Numbered from the stretch's first letter, positions 47,922 through 63,729 are shown. The stretch is DNA of 64,000 nucleotides from Methanobacteriota archaeon (GCA_038130705.1 JAYPOA010000001.1:2333-66332), one strand, 5' to 3'. Notes: a model not told the origin generated them from the letters alone. Program-made: numbers and translations.

Positions 47922-50438
47922 TCAATCCTGACGCTCTCCTGGCAATGGTTCATCATCTATCCTTGATTTTGGTTCTTTTTCAGACACTATCTGATTTTTT
48001 ACGGCTTCCATTATATTGTTTACAAGTACAGGGCCCCAGCCTCGTTTTGATTTTAATTTGTCAAGTTCTTTCGCGCTTATTTGTGAGAGGTCCTTTGGAG
48101 TTCTTATTCCCATTTCAGAGAGAGTTCTAGCTCTACTTCTTCCAACATTTCTGAGCTGAACCAATTGTAATAGGTCCTCTTTACAACCGGCTCTTACTCT
48201 CATCCGTACCAAGTCTAACTTACCAACTAAATCTGCTACAAATCCAAGATGTTCTTGAGCAAAAACATCATCCATTCGTAAAATTTCTCTCGCCGCCAAT
48301 AACAACCACTGCATTAGATCAGTTCGGGTGTAAACATCACCCGGACTGACTCCAAGTTTCTTTTCTATGTGGCGAAGGTCTTCTTCCTCATACCATAATT
48401 CGGTACACCATGCGCTCTTAACAAATGACATTGCCCTTTCGTCTATTGGACTCTCTATCAATAGTTCATCTTCTACTATTGCGGCCTTTTGTCTCAAATC
48501 ACTTCCAAACTCTAATTCGCTTGATTTAGCCCAGAGGTTAAGAAAATCTGGTGTAGCTGTAACTAAGTGACACAAACCAAATTCCGTGACAGGTAAGTTA
48601 TTCCTTACTAACCTCCTTACAGCTCTACGAAGGCCATCTATCAGGATATCTGCTGAAAGTGGATCGAGGTATAACTGGGCGACTCTCTCTCCCATTGGAG
48701 TTGCAGAATAAACAGTATCAAGGGATTCCACATTTTGAAACACTTCTGTAGCATTATATGTTGTTGCTTTCCTAAAACCGAAGGTCGCCTCAATTGGTTC
48801 ACGCGACTTTTTCGAGGACAATGATACCCCCGATGCTTGAGTTGCTACATCAACCCAGGAAGGTACTTCATCATCCCAAGTTTCTACAACGGTTCCTGTG
48901 TTAGTCCTGCGAATAAATCGTTTTTCAACCAACCACTGAAGCATGTTGTCTATGTTTTCCTGTAGGTATGAATTAGGTTGGGAATACCCTAAGAAAGTTT
49001 CAGAGAAGAATTCTCCAATTTCTTTTCTTGAATTTAGACCACCCGTAGCGATTGATGATAGTAAATGGAATCTAAGTGCAGGCTCAGCTGCTAATTTGGA
49101 ATTAATATCCTCCACGGGACCGTGAATGTACATATCAGATATCTGGTCTGCTATTTCCTTAGGGTCTCCTCCTTTACAAAGTAGCCATGCTTCTCCTTTT
49201 TTATCAAAACGAGGGCGTCCAGCTCTACCCATCATTTGCCTCACTTCCATAACTGGAAGATACTTACTCATTCCATCCTCGTAACGTTTCAAATCTCTAA
49301 TCAGTACTCGACGTGCTGGAAGATTTACTCCTGCCGCCAATGTAGGAGTTGCGCATAAACAATAGAGCAACTTGTCTTTGAAACCTTCTTCGATTATCTT
49401 CCTTTGTGTTGACCTGAGACCTGCGTGATGGAAAGCAACGCCTCCTTTCACACACTCTGCAAGTTTATCGCCCATAGTTGAATTAGACAAGTTGGATAAC
49501 TTATCTGATAATTTTTTCAAAATCTCTAGTTTTTCAGGATCGTCCTTTGCTAATTTTTTTTGCATCCTTCCACCTAACTTGAATGCCTCTGATTCTGAGT
49601 TCCTTCTCGTAGCCACGAATACTAAGAGTTGCCCTTGCTCTTTGATAACATCATCCAAGACGGGCCAAGCGATATGCGATTTTGGCCCAATCAAGGTCCG
49701 AGGCGGATTTAACCCTGTATCTGAAATAAGCTCACTTTTCTGGATTGCTCTCGGCTCCAGATTTAACTCCGCTAACGTTGAATATTCCAAACTTACAGGT
49801 CTCCACTGAGATACTATCAAATCAGATTCTAGCCAATCAGCCAATTCTTGAGAATTACCTACCGTTGCGGATAACGTGATTATTTGTGCTTCAGGAACTA
49901 AGTGCCTAATTCTTGCAAGGTTTATTTCCATTGTAGGGCCCCTTGTTGAATCATTCAAAAGGTGGAATTCATCAGCAACGATGATTGATACCTTTCGCAA
50001 AACCCCTTTATTTTGCCTCATTAGAGAGTCTAATTTTTCACTGGTACACACCAAAATGTCACAGTCTTCAATGTTACTAACTTCATTTCTGTTATCCCCG
50101 ATTCCTAAGCCTATCTTAAGTCCAAGAGCGCTTCCCAATTCGGTTAATTCTTGTTGCTTTTCAGATGCAAGAGCCTTTAGAGGAACGATATATATCGCCC
50201 TAGTTCCTTTTTCTGAAACGAGTAATTTTTGACAAATACCAATGTATGAAACTAAGGTTTTTCCGCTCGCAGTCGGAATACAAACCATCGTGTTATTTCC
50301 TGAAAGGATTGAAGGCATCGCCTTTGCTTGAGGGGGATGAAGTTTTTCAATTCCCCATTTTTCTTGAATAAATTTTGCTAAATCAATGGACAAACCGAGT
50401 TTGGAAATATCCCTCTCGAATTCACCCATGATTATCAT
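47922..50438 (-). CDS. hel308: Hel308/Hjm Ski2-like DNA helicase
   Basis: Walker A CIPTASGKT, DEFH box (VADEFHLLND), motif VI ATPTLAAGVNLPARRVLIRD, and a C-terminal HhH domain (LRNVGRSRARTLSEMGI). Confidence 0.9.
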   Translation of the reverse strand: MIIMGEFERDISKLGLSIDLAKFIQEKWGIEKLHPPQAKAMPSILSGNNTMVCIPTASGKTLVSYIGICQKLLVSEKGTRAIYIVPLKALASEKQQELTELGSALGLKIGLGIGDNRNEVSNIEDCDILVCTSEKLDSLMRQNKGVLRKVSIIVADEFHLLNDSTRGPTMEINLARIRHLVPEAQIITLSATVGNSQELADWLESDLIVSQWRPVSLEYSTLAELNLEPRAIQKSELISDTGLNPPRTLIGPKSHIAWPVLDDVIKEQGQLLVFVATRRNSESEAFKLGGRMQKKLAKDDPEKLEILKKLSDKLSNLSNSTMGDKLAECVKGGVAFHHAGLRSTQRKIIEEGFKDKLLYCLCATPTLAAGVNLPARRVLIRDLKRYEDGMSKYLPVMEVRQMMGRAGRPRFDKKGEAWLLCKGGDPKEIADQISDMYIHGPVEDINSKLAAEPALRFHLLSSIATGGLNSRKEIGEFFSETFLGYSQPNSYLQENIDNMLQWLVEKRFIRRTNTGTVVETWDDEVPSWVDVATQASGVSLSSKKSREPIEATFGFRKATTYNATEVFQNVESLDTVYSATPMGERVAQLYLDPLSADILIDGLRRAVRRLVRNNLPVTEFGLCHLVTATPDFLNLWAKSSELEFGSDLRQKAAIVEDELLIESPIDERAMSFVKSAWCTELWYEEEDLRHIEKKLGVSPGDVYTRTDLMQWLLLAAREILRMDDVFAQEHLGFVADLVGKLDLVRMRVRAGCKEDLLQLVQLRNVGRSRARTLSEMGIRTPKDLSQISAKELDKLKSKRGWGPVLVNNIMEAVKNQIVSEKEPKSRIDDEPLPGERQD

Positions 50439-50515
50439 TCATGGGTCAATAGTCCAAAAGGTAACCGATTAATCATCCGACACCCTCAAGGTCTATCAGT
50501 GATGACAAGCCCAAC

Positions 50516-51157
50516 ATGGGACCCGAAGATAGTGTGGTTGAACAAAGACTTTCTGTGTTTGATGATGAACCTGATTTGAATGACTGGTTTGAAGTTATTT
50601 GTGGTTCACTCATGTCGGTTATTGGTGTATTCCAGCTCGTATCCCCAGGTGATTTAGTAGACCCTGATGTAATGAGATGGTTCGCTGCTTCCGTAGCGGT
50701 TGTTGGAGTAGTTTGGGCGGCGCACGGTCTGAAAGATATGGCAATCAAAGAAGTTCGAAAATCAATAGTTCTACTAGAAATGGGTGGTAAACAGGGAACT
50801 ATCGATTTCGGTCTAATTCGCGACGTAATTCTAAACCCTGAAGCATATACAGAATTCCTCGTAAAAGAGTACCAATCTGCTTACGAAGATGGGGTAATAA
50901 CTGATGAGGAACTTGAAGAATTAAACGCTATCCAAAAGGCTCTTGGAATATCTGATGCCGAGGCGGCGAAAATCTCTGTTGAAGCTGCAATAAAATCTGC
51001 TTTAGACGATGGAAAGATCACAGATGATGAAAAGGAAATGATTGCAAAGGCCGCTGAGGGTCTATCAAAGGCTAAGAAAGAAAAAGTAATGAAGGCTTTA
51101 GAAGATGGCAATATTTCAGAAGAAGTGACAAAAATATTGGAAAACCTGAACATTTAA
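50516..51157 (+). CDS. Membrane protein with C-terminal acidic helical (TerB-like?) domain
   Basis: Two N-terminal TM segments, then repeated acidic helices of the form ITDEELEEL...ITDDEKEMI. Confidence 0.35.
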   Translation: MGPEDSVVEQRLSVFDDEPDLNDWFEVICGSLMSVIGVFQLVSPGDLVDPDVMRWFAASVAVVGVVWAAHGLKDMAIKEVRKSIVLLEMGGKQGTIDFGLIRDVILNPEAYTEFLVKEYQSAYEDGVITDEELEELNAIQKALGISDAEAAKISVEAAIKSALDDGKITDDEKEMIAKAAEGLSKAKKEKVMKALEDGNISEEVTKILENLNI

Positions 51158-53175
51158 TCATTCCATTTGTTATCTGAAAGAACGTTATCTAGCGCCCTTT
51201 TTGCGCCACGTCTGCGATTATTTTCGTAGTACACACCGCCTGCTATCAAAAATAAACCTGAAATTAACCATACTATCTGATATGGAATAAAGGATTCTAC
51301 TGGCTGGACTGATTCTGATGCATAAAGAAATTCATGATTAATGTCATAACCTAATTTTATTCTAAATTCTAAATCGTCAACTTCACCGTCTAACATAGTT
51401 ATTGAAATCAAACTGGGGTAAAGGTTTTCTTGCATTAATCTCCACCTTCCTTCCGGTATATCTGCAGGCCTTGTACCCCAAGCGGGGTCTTGTATTGAGC
51501 CCAAACTTGCTGAATTTACCATCTCTGCCTCGAAATGAACAACATTTGAAGATGGTAATTCATCCACTACAAGCAATGATTCCAGAATCAGCAGGTCGAG
51601 TATTATCGTCCTTGCAGCAAGTAGTATGAAATTTCTTGAATGAGGATCTAAAAGGTCGTCATTTGGATTTATGCCCACCTTATCTATTACTTTTGAAAAT
51701 ATCAGATTTTCAATATTTAATTCATAAAGCTCAGGGATATGTAGTTGCCATCGTCCATCATCCAATGGCCAAGCAGAATCTGCTTGGAGATAAAGTGACA
51801 ATATATCACCATCTAACATACCGAAGGTTGCTCCAACGTGAAGAGCTCTTGAGGATGCAGGAGTACCCGGGTGAGATGCATGCCAAAGTTGCTCCAGCCT
51901 CTCATCTATCAACTCTGAGAGATTTTTCTCATCGCCGCCCTGAAATTCATCAAATGTCGTCATCAGTGGTGAAATTATCCCCGATAGGAACAAGATTAGT
52001 ACCCCGGGAGCAAAAACTGCATACTTCAAGGTAGTTGAGGTCGTTTCTAATCTAATGTGTATCGTTAAACCAATAATCACTGAGAGGGATATCACGAAAT
52101 ATGAAAACACAGATGTTGAACTGAGTGGTTCTGCTCCAAAATCTGATGCTTTCATTCCATAACCTTCCCATTCCCATGATGAGTATGTAAACTGCTCAGG
52201 GCTGGTTGGACCAAGCCCCTCGAATGCAATCATTCCAATCCATTCATATGGTTGGAAAGAATTTAATTTCCCACCGATGCAAAGGTCATACTCTCCAACA
52301 GGTAATGCTCTCCATTGCCAAGTTATTCTTGTTTCACCGTTTTCAGATATGGTTTCCATTTCTGGCTCTGGAGCCAATCTTCTATCTGGCAAAATCAAAT
52401 CCGGCCTACCATGATTCTGTTCAATTTCTGCTGGCACTACTTCCCAAATAAATGAAATCCGCAGAATTTCATGATTTTCAACCTCGAAAGTCCAGCAGTC
52501 TCTATCATCATCCACGAGAGCACCGTAATGCATTATATCTAATTCAGTTTGAACCGGAGAGCCGTCAGAAGAGGGTTCGTCAATGTCTCTTTCTTCGATG
52601 TTATCTGACCAAATAATGTCCAAGAACATGTAAGAATAGCCCCGCAAATTCAATTCCCAAGTCCCAGGGCGGTCGATCTGGAACTCCAATAGAATCTTAA
52701 TTTCTTCATCTGGCCAAAGTAATCTATCACCTCCATGGTTGATAGGTTCATTCTCTATTCGAAATGGAGCATTATTTGTCTGACCAAATTCAGAATTTCC
52801 ATCAAATTCTATTGTTGTAATAGATTCTGCAATGATTATCGAAACCTTAAGGTCCGGTTTTGAGATTCCAAAAATATCGTCTGTAAAACGTAAGTCTACC
52901 TGCAGTTCCTCGATTACGTCGGGGATTAATGCAATATCAGCCTGAGACGGCATCATTGGTAGTTCAACTAAAAAATATTCAGGAGACACTGGGCTTGCAG
53001 AATTAACTGTCTTGCTTATGCTTTCATCACCAACATGGAACTCAGTGAGCATACAGGAATCATAATCATCGCAGGAAAACCATAGTTGACCACCGTTTTC
53101 TTCTGAATCGATTGCAGCAGATGATAATGGAAAAAGTAAATTCGCGAGGAGTATTGTTAGGATAAACCTCCTCAT
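51154..53175 (-). CDS. Large secreted protein with signal peptide and C-terminal TM anchor (hypothetical surface protein)
   Basis: MRRFILTILLANLLFPLSSAA signal peptide and a C-terminal IVWLISGLFLIAGGVYY anchor followed by a basic tail. Confidence 0.5.
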   Translation of the reverse strand: MRRFILTILLANLLFPLSSAAIDSEENGGQLWFSCDDYDSCMLTEFHVGDESISKTVNSASPVSPEYFLVELPMMPSQADIALIPDVIEELQVDLRFTDDIFGISKPDLKVSIIIAESITTIEFDGNSEFGQTNNAPFRIENEPINHGGDRLLWPDEEIKILLEFQIDRPGTWELNLRGYSYMFLDIIWSDNIEERDIDEPSSDGSPVQTELDIMHYGALVDDDRDCWTFEVENHEILRISFIWEVVPAEIEQNHGRPDLILPDRRLAPEPEMETISENGETRITWQWRALPVGEYDLCIGGKLNSFQPYEWIGMIAFEGLGPTSPEQFTYSSWEWEGYGMKASDFGAEPLSSTSVFSYFVISLSVIIGLTIHIRLETTSTTLKYAVFAPGVLILFLSGIISPLMTTFDEFQGGDEKNLSELIDERLEQLWHASHPGTPASSRALHVGATFGMLDGDILSLYLQADSAWPLDDGRWQLHIPELYELNIENLIFSKVIDKVGINPNDDLLDPHSRNFILLAARTIILDLLILESLLVVDELPSSNVVHFEAEMVNSASLGSIQDPAWGTRPADIPEGRWRLMQENLYPSLISITMLDGEVDDLEFRIKLGYDINHEFLYASESVQPVESFIPYQIVWLISGLFLIAGGVYYENNRRRGAKRALDNVLSDNKWND

Positions 53176-53212
53176 GGTAATTCGTAGAATCGCTTACTAA
53201 TCACTATACCGA

Positions 53213-53749
53213 CTATATGCGAATGTCGAGTAATATTGTTTTACAAGACCTGCACATGTACTTTTTCTTTCCTGGCTTTTGACGAGGATATTCCTTACCG
53301 CAGTCTTCACATTTTAATATCCAATTCGCATTTTTCCTTCTAAGAAATTCTGTAAAATCTTTGCCCATTGATTTTGATTTTTGACTCGGCCACATATTTT
53401 CTAAGGTTTTGAACAATTTGTCGTGAGCAAGATAACCGAGAGCGTGTACATATTCATGATGTAAAACCCATGCCGCGTAAGCTTTCCATTCCTCGTTTAG
53501 CAATTGTGGATGGAGGTCGATGACATCTACCTCAGAAGGGTATTTTGGAACTCTAACACCTTTTTTCCATCTCGTGACACCATGTCTTTGAGTTGCATTT
53601 TTACGTAATACTCCAATACTAATTTTTGATAATTCAGTAAGTTGCTGGTCTTCCCAAAGTTCCATTGTAGACATAACTTCTAGCACGATTTCCTTGATTT
53701 CTTCTATTTGTTCAAGTTGAATTTTGTTGGGTTTTGGCATCAAGACCAC
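53213..53749 (-). CDS. SprT-like zinc metalloprotease with C-terminal zinc ribbon
   Basis: HEYVH zinc motif (HExxH) in WVLHHEYVHALGY, and a C-terminal CEDCGKEY...CRSCKT C4 ribbon. Confidence 0.55.
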   Translation of the reverse strand: MVLMPKPNKIQLEQIEEIKEIVLEVMSTMELWEDQQLTELSKISIGVLRKNATQRHGVTRWKKGVRVPKYPSEVDVIDLHPQLLNEEWKAYAAWVLHHEYVHALGYLAHDKLFKTLENMWPSQKSKSMGKDFTEFLRRKNANWILKCEDCGKEYPRQKPGKKKYMCRSCKTILLDIRI

Positions 53750-54204
53750 CGATGATAGGCGGGATGCCCCTCTTTAACAGCAACAAAAAGTCCAGATCCT
53801 GTTGCGCAAATTTTACCTTCTGCGGTAAGAGTCATACTTACTTTTGCTCTATCATCTTGTAAATCGTCTATTTCTGCTAAAATGTGAAGTTCAGCTCCTG
53901 CAGGGGTTGGTCTTCGTAATGAAATTGAATAATTTGCAGTCACAGTACATGGTGGCTCATTTGCCCCGTCTTTGTCCATCAAAGCGATAGCGGCTGCCCA
54001 ATTTCCGTGGCAATCCATCAAAGAGCCGATAATTCCGCCATTTATCATCCCTGGAAATGCTTGGTGTTCATCTGACGGAGTAAAATATAACTCAAGACCG
54101 TTTTCACAACGATGAGAATCTATTCGCAGGCCTTTCTCATTTGCGGGCCCGCATCCGAAACATATCGAGCTTGGAGCATATTGCCTTTGCACTCCGACTT
54201 CCAT
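53740..54204 (-). CDS. Hotdog-fold thioesterase (PaaI family)
   Basis: ~150 aa with GGIIGSLMDCHGNWAAA, typical of the PaaI/YbgC hotdog fold. Confidence 0.6.
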   Translation of the reverse strand: MEVGVQRQYAPSSICFGCGPANEKGLRIDSHRCENGLELYFTPSDEHQAFPGMINGGIIGSLMDCHGNWAAAIALMDKDGANEPPCTVTANYSISLRRPTPAGAELHILAEIDDLQDDRAKVSMTLTAEGKICATGSGLFVAVKEGHPAYHRWS

Positions 54205-54280
54205 AGTTGTGCCTGAACAAGACAGTTGATTTGCTTACCTAATGCCAGCACCTTGATGTCCTAATTCTCGATGGCAATTC

Positions 54281-55573
54281 ATGGCCGGGGAGAAGAAGCG
54301 AGTCAGAGTCGCTCACGAACTACCTAAAACCAGGAGATTGGCCATAAAAAAAGCCCTTGAAGAACATGAATCTGAAGGCAGACCAGAATGGGACAGGTCT
54401 TCTGATTGGGGCGAGATTAGATATCTCAGGAAAAGAATTCGACCTGGTGAGATGCGAACAATCATGATGCCACTATTAGATGTTGAAATGGGTGATTCAT
54501 GGCCAATCCCAGTGACTATCTTCCACGGTAAAAGACCGGGACCTGTTGTCACAATAATCGGCGGGACTCATGGAGACGAACTAACTGGGCCAAGTGCTTG
54601 TACAAACTTGCTCTCGTCAAAATTTACGGAAACTGAAGGAGCTCTAGACCCATCATTTATGGCAGGAACTGTTAGGATTATTCCAGTTCTGAATTTACCG
54701 GGTTATCGAGAAAAATCTAGATATTTTCCCGACGGTAGAGATTTGAATAGGGCATTTCCAGGAACCTCGAAAGGTAGCACAACATCTAGAGTGGCAAGGA
54801 AAATAAGAAAGAAAATAATTGAAGGTTCTGACATCATTATCGACTTACATAGCGCAGCAGAAGGGCGCTCCAATATGCCTCAAATTAGGGCCGATCTCAC
54901 ACATCCAGAATCACATCTTCTTGCAAAAGCATTCGGAATTGAGGTTATATTGGATAGCCGTCCTCCAAAAGGTAGCTTACGCAGGTATGCAAACGAAGTT
55001 GATATTGCGGCAGTAACATATGAAGGAGGAGGAGCAAATTTACTGGACCAAACTGCAGTAAAGGTTGCATTGCATGGTTGTTTGAATGTTTTAAGAGCCT
55101 TGAAAGTCATTCCAAAGAATCCTGTCAGACCCAGATTCAGACTTAATGCCGGAGGTTCTACTTGGCTCAGAGCTGGCGAGGGAGGATTATTAGACATGTT
55201 CATCAAACCGGGAAGTGTTGTAGAAAAGGGTGATGTAATTGCAACAATTTCTGACCCAGGCACCCCTGGATTAAACGTCGATATTGTTGCTCCCGAAGAT
55301 GGATTGATTATTTGCGCTGCAACAAACCCGTTCGTAACCGCTGGCACTCCCGTTGGACATATCTTGCCAGTTACGAAGCATCTAGAATTATTAAAGTCAC
55401 AAGTTGATGATAGAGGAGTACTTATCGTAAATGGTAGTCAAGCCGAAGAAATTTGGCGAGACCATGATGATGAAATGGTCGAAATCGATGTAGAGGGCGA
55501 GTGGTTAGGCGGTTCAGTTGATGCAGAATGGAACAAAATTAACGCCGATGAAACCGAGCAAGGAGAGGCTTAA
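54281..55573 (+). CDS. Succinylglutamate desuccinylase/aspartoacylase family zinc hydrolase with C-terminal extension
   Basis: IIGGTHGDELTG zinc-binding motif and the downstream DLHS motif of the AstE/AspA family. Confidence 0.72.
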   Translation: MAGEKKRVRVAHELPKTRRLAIKKALEEHESEGRPEWDRSSDWGEIRYLRKRIRPGEMRTIMMPLLDVEMGDSWPIPVTIFHGKRPGPVVTIIGGTHGDELTGPSACTNLLSSKFTETEGALDPSFMAGTVRIIPVLNLPGYREKSRYFPDGRDLNRAFPGTSKGSTTSRVARKIRKKIIEGSDIIIDLHSAAEGRSNMPQIRADLTHPESHLLAKAFGIEVILDSRPPKGSLRRYANEVDIAAVTYEGGGANLLDQTAVKVALHGCLNVLRALKVIPKNPVRPRFRLNAGGSTWLRAGEGGLLDMFIKPGSVVEKGDVIATISDPGTPGLNVDIVAPEDGLIICAATNPFVTAGTPVGHILPVTKHLELLKSQVDDRGVLIVNGSQAEEIWRDHDDEMVEIDVEGEWLGGSVDAEWNKINADETEQGEA

Positions 55574-56826
55574 TTTCCATTAAATTGGTCTATTGCTTGT
55601 TGAACTTCTTCATCGTCCATGTTCCTTGGTTGGCTCTTAGCCACTTCAAATAAATGAGCAACAAGGTCATCTGATGCCTCTATTCCACGTGATTCAAGCC
55701 AGTGAATTATGTTTGAACGACCTGACATGTGCCCTATTCTGATAATCTGTTTCAAGCCGAAGTCTCCCGCAGGGACACCGCTGTAAACTCTATCAGCAAG
55801 CCAATTGTCTCCCTTTTTGATTGCTTTAATCACGGCACTTGCGTGCACTCCAGTTCCAGTTTCAAATGCATCTTGTCCAAATACTGGATAATTTCTTGGC
55901 AGTGGCACTTTGATGTATTCGTTTGCTTTCTGCATGTATTCGGAAAGTAGTGATAGGTCGTTATTGATAACTCCCATAAGCGATAGATTGACTAAAGTTT
56001 GGTCCAATGGAGCATTTCCTGCCCTTTCGCCTACTCCTAGTGCAGTTCCGTGAATAACATCGGCTCCGGCTTCAACTGCAGCGAGGTTATTCGCTACACC
56101 AAGTCCTCTATCCTGATGACCATGCCAGTTTACCTCAATATCTCTACGCTTGAATCCTGCATCTTTGATAACTTCCTCATCTATGAAAGATAACAACTGT
56201 TTGACTCCATTAGGAGTTACATGACCGCAGGTGTCGCAGACACATATCCTTCTAACTCCAAGTTCCATTGCTCTTTGGTAAATTAACTTGACATCTTCCG
56301 GTTTAGACCTGGTTGTATCTTCGGTAACAAACATCACAGGAATGTCATTATCAACGGCATAACTTACAGCTTTTTCCATGGTTGACACTAGTTTTTCCAT
56401 CGTCCAGCCTTCTGTAAACTGGCGAATTGGACTAGTTCCAAGGAAAGCACTCGCTTGGATTTGCATTTCATGTTTACTTTGGAGATCTACTAGAGGTTCA
56501 ATATCTCCCATCAAAGTACGTACAGCAGCTCCTGGTCGAATTTTGAAATCATTTTCTCGAATAAATGTTAGCATTGAGTCAATGTGGTCAAGATGGAATG
56601 GGCCAGCCCCTGGCAATCCCAAATCCACCTTCTGGATTCCTAGTTTTTCCATATAGGTAAGTAGTTCAGTTTTCTGTTCTATAGAGGGATTTAGAGCGCT
56701 TGGACTTTGTAATCCATCCCTCAATGTTTCATCATCAAACCAAACATCGTGAGGATGATTATTGGCATCTCTTGTATAATCGTAATTGATTACATTCCAA
56801 TCATAAATCAGGTTTTGTTCATCCAT
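55570..56826 (-). CDS. 2-isopropylmalate/homocitrate/citramalate synthase family (DRE-TIM metallolyase), short form without LeuA regulatory domain
   Basis: DETLRDGLQS active-site motif and HGHQDRGLGVANNLAAVEAGADVIHGT; 418 aa. Confidence 0.8.
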   Translation of the reverse strand: MDEQNLIYDWNVINYDYTRDANNHPHDVWFDDETLRDGLQSPSALNPSIEQKTELLTYMEKLGIQKVDLGLPGAGPFHLDHIDSMLTFIRENDFKIRPGAAVRTLMGDIEPLVDLQSKHEMQIQASAFLGTSPIRQFTEGWTMEKLVSTMEKAVSYAVDNDIPVMFVTEDTTRSKPEDVKLIYQRAMELGVRRICVCDTCGHVTPNGVKQLLSFIDEEVIKDAGFKRRDIEVNWHGHQDRGLGVANNLAAVEAGADVIHGTALGVGERAGNAPLDQTLVNLSLMGVINNDLSLLSEYMQKANEYIKVPLPRNYPVFGQDAFETGTGVHASAVIKAIKKGDNWLADRVYSGVPAGDFGLKQIIRIGHMSGRSNIIHWLESRGIEASDDLVAHLFEVAKSQPRNMDDEEVQQAIDQFNGN

Positions 56827-56898
56827 ATTATCACCAAACAGAGGGCCCTATGTAGCAGGACACTCGTGAATTTAATTTGAACCCGTCGGACAATTTGA

Positions 56899-61639
<4,741 letters not shown>

Positions 61640-61946
61640 TTATGTTGAAAATATATACTTCTTATCAATAATTTATTGCTATTTTCAAGTTTATTTTTTC
61701 CGACTGAAAATTTCATTAGATTTTGGTGCTAATTTGCGCCCAGTCATTTGAAAAGAATATATTTCCCAACCTCTATATTGATGCTATTGTAGGAGGTATA
61801 TGAACATAGCCAAACATCAACTTTTTTTCGGCAGATTTAGCTACATAAATTATCCATCCTGAGGAATATTTCCGCTAATTTTCGGGATTGATTTTTTTCA
61901 TGTTCCAATCGTAAGCGTTAATGAAGGAGTGTAGGTCGCCAAAAGC

Positions 61947-62741
61947 ATGGCTGACCCAAAAATATGTGTGTCGCTTGACGGAATAACCGTTGATGAAATG
62001 ATCGAAGAAGCAGCGAGAGCAAACCTTGCTGGCGCTGACATGGTAGAAGTTAGATTTGACAGATTGTTCCTAAACAAGCCAGATCCTACAATCAGTGAAG
62101 AAGAGGAAGGCGAGGTTCCGCAAATGCCTCCTGAAAACCAATGGGACACAAAGAATTTCTCTGAAGTCGACATTGAATCCTCAATTTCAAACCTAAAAGA
62201 GGGAGTACCACTCCCGGTTATTTTCACTGTTAGACCTGTTTCTGAGGGAGGATTCTTCCCAGGTATCGATTCAGAAAGGATAGAAGTCCTGACTAAAGCA
62301 ATTGAATCTGGAGTTAGCTGGGTAGATTTGGAGTTATCGATTGACGAGAAGGTACGTAATGAATTGATGGACATGGCTTCAGAAAATGGTTGTAAGGTTG
62401 TTGCCTCCAAACATGACATCAACGGAATCCCAAACTCAAGTGAAATTGTCTCTCTGGTAAGAGATAATCAAAAATCTGGAGATCTCGTCAAATTCTGTGG
62501 AAACGCAAGAAGCCATGGTGACGCTCTTCAGATTGTTGAAGCCGCTTCCGAACTAAAGGGAGAAGGACTCTCACATTCACTAATGGCACTTAACTCTGGA
62601 GGAGACTGGGCAAGAATCCATGCACCTATATTGGACCAAAGTTTGGTTTATGCTACTTTGCAAAATGATTTCCAACTATCAGAAAGAGGCCTCGTAAACG
62701 TCAGAGATCTTCGCGACGCTTGGACTCTTCTTGAGTACTAA
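61947..62741 (+). CDS. aroD: 3-dehydroquinate dehydratase, type I, with an acidic ~50 aa insertion
   Basis: N-terminal ICVSLDGITVDEMIEEAARANLAGADMVEVRFDRL matches the type I DHQase opening. Confidence 0.6.
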   Translation: MADPKICVSLDGITVDEMIEEAARANLAGADMVEVRFDRLFLNKPDPTISEEEEGEVPQMPPENQWDTKNFSEVDIESSISNLKEGVPLPVIFTVRPVSEGGFFPGIDSERIEVLTKAIESGVSWVDLELSIDEKVRNELMDMASENGCKVVASKHDINGIPNSSEIVSLVRDNQKSGDLVKFCGNARSHGDALQIVEAASELKGEGLSHSLMALNSGGDWARIHAPILDQSLVYATLQNDFQLSERGLVNVRDLRDAWTLLEY

Positions 62742-63729
62742 TCGTGCTGTTTTGCTCGAGAGATGGTATCATCTCAGACTGAATTTGGCTACCTGTTTGT
62801 ACCAAACTAACTCCAAAATTCATGTATTTTTTATTCAAAAGAATTGGCACTGCAAACAAACCAAGCACCATTCCACAACAAGCAATTGATACTGTCCAAG
62901 GAGGAAGAACTGTTGAGCGTTCTTCAGATACTACGGAAATGTAAGCTGCGATTGTTGTTTCAGGCAACGCATCGCTCGTATGTGAATTGTTTGTATTATC
63001 TACTACTAGATGAAAATGTTGTACTTGGTTTCCACCAAAAATACTCGAAGAAATCTCTGGTGAATCCAAGCTTACTGAAAATGTAACTTGTTTGACATTC
63101 TCATACTCATGTGCATCTCTAAATGAATTCCAACCAACAAATGAGAAACTTCTCCATTCAGGGGGGACTTCGTTTATTGGGTCATCATCACGCCTATCTT
63201 CTATTAACCCCCAGGCTCCGTGTGCTATATCGTAAGCAGATGAATATCTCTCATATTGGTTTGAAGTCAACAAATAAACGTCTACTTCTGGAGAGATTGA
63301 TTCATTATAACTCTCGACTGTTACACAAAATGTTGTCCTTCTCTGGTAATCAAGATTAAGTTTTAGAACTCCAACTGAATCTTCACTAACAAGCATTGTG
63401 GTCTGGAAATCATCTTTTAGATACGATAATTCCAATCCACTGTTCCAAGTCATCCAAGGCTCTTCTGGAGAATTATTCCAGTTCCCTGAACTCGTGGGCT
63501 CGGCAATTGCGGGCTCCGGTTCGCCACGGCGCGGTTCTTCGAAAAAATCATAATTTATGGACCAAGGAACTCTCGCCTGTCTTTCAACCGTTTTATTCCA
63601 ATTAGGCGCTTTAAAATCGCCACCATCGCAAGCAGAAGCAGCGCTTACGAATGTTGATGGAATTGAAACTGAGACTAGTATTGCTGAGAGAAAAACTAGG
63701 ATTGCTTGAAACCCTGCTTTGTAAATCAA
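62701..63729 (-). CDS. Secreted protein with signal peptide and C-terminal TM anchor (hypothetical surface protein)
   Basis: N-terminal MIYKAGFQAILVFLSAILVSVSIPSTFVSAASA and a C-terminal hydrophobic VSIACCGMVLGLFAVPILL segment. Confidence 0.45.
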   Translation of the reverse strand: MIYKAGFQAILVFLSAILVSVSIPSTFVSAASACDGGDFKAPNWNKTVERQARVPWSINYDFFEEPRRGEPEPAIAEPTSSGNWNNSPEEPWMTWNSGLELSYLKDDFQTTMLVSEDSVGVLKLNLDYQRRTTFCVTVESYNESISPEVDVYLLTSNQYERYSSAYDIAHGAWGLIEDRRDDDPINEVPPEWRSFSFVGWNSFRDAHEYENVKQVTFSVSLDSPEISSSIFGGNQVQHFHLVVDNTNNSHTSDALPETTIAAYISVVSEERSTVLPPWTVSIACCGMVLGLFAVPILLNKKYMNFGVSLVQTGSQIQSEMIPSLEQNSTISTQEESKRREDL

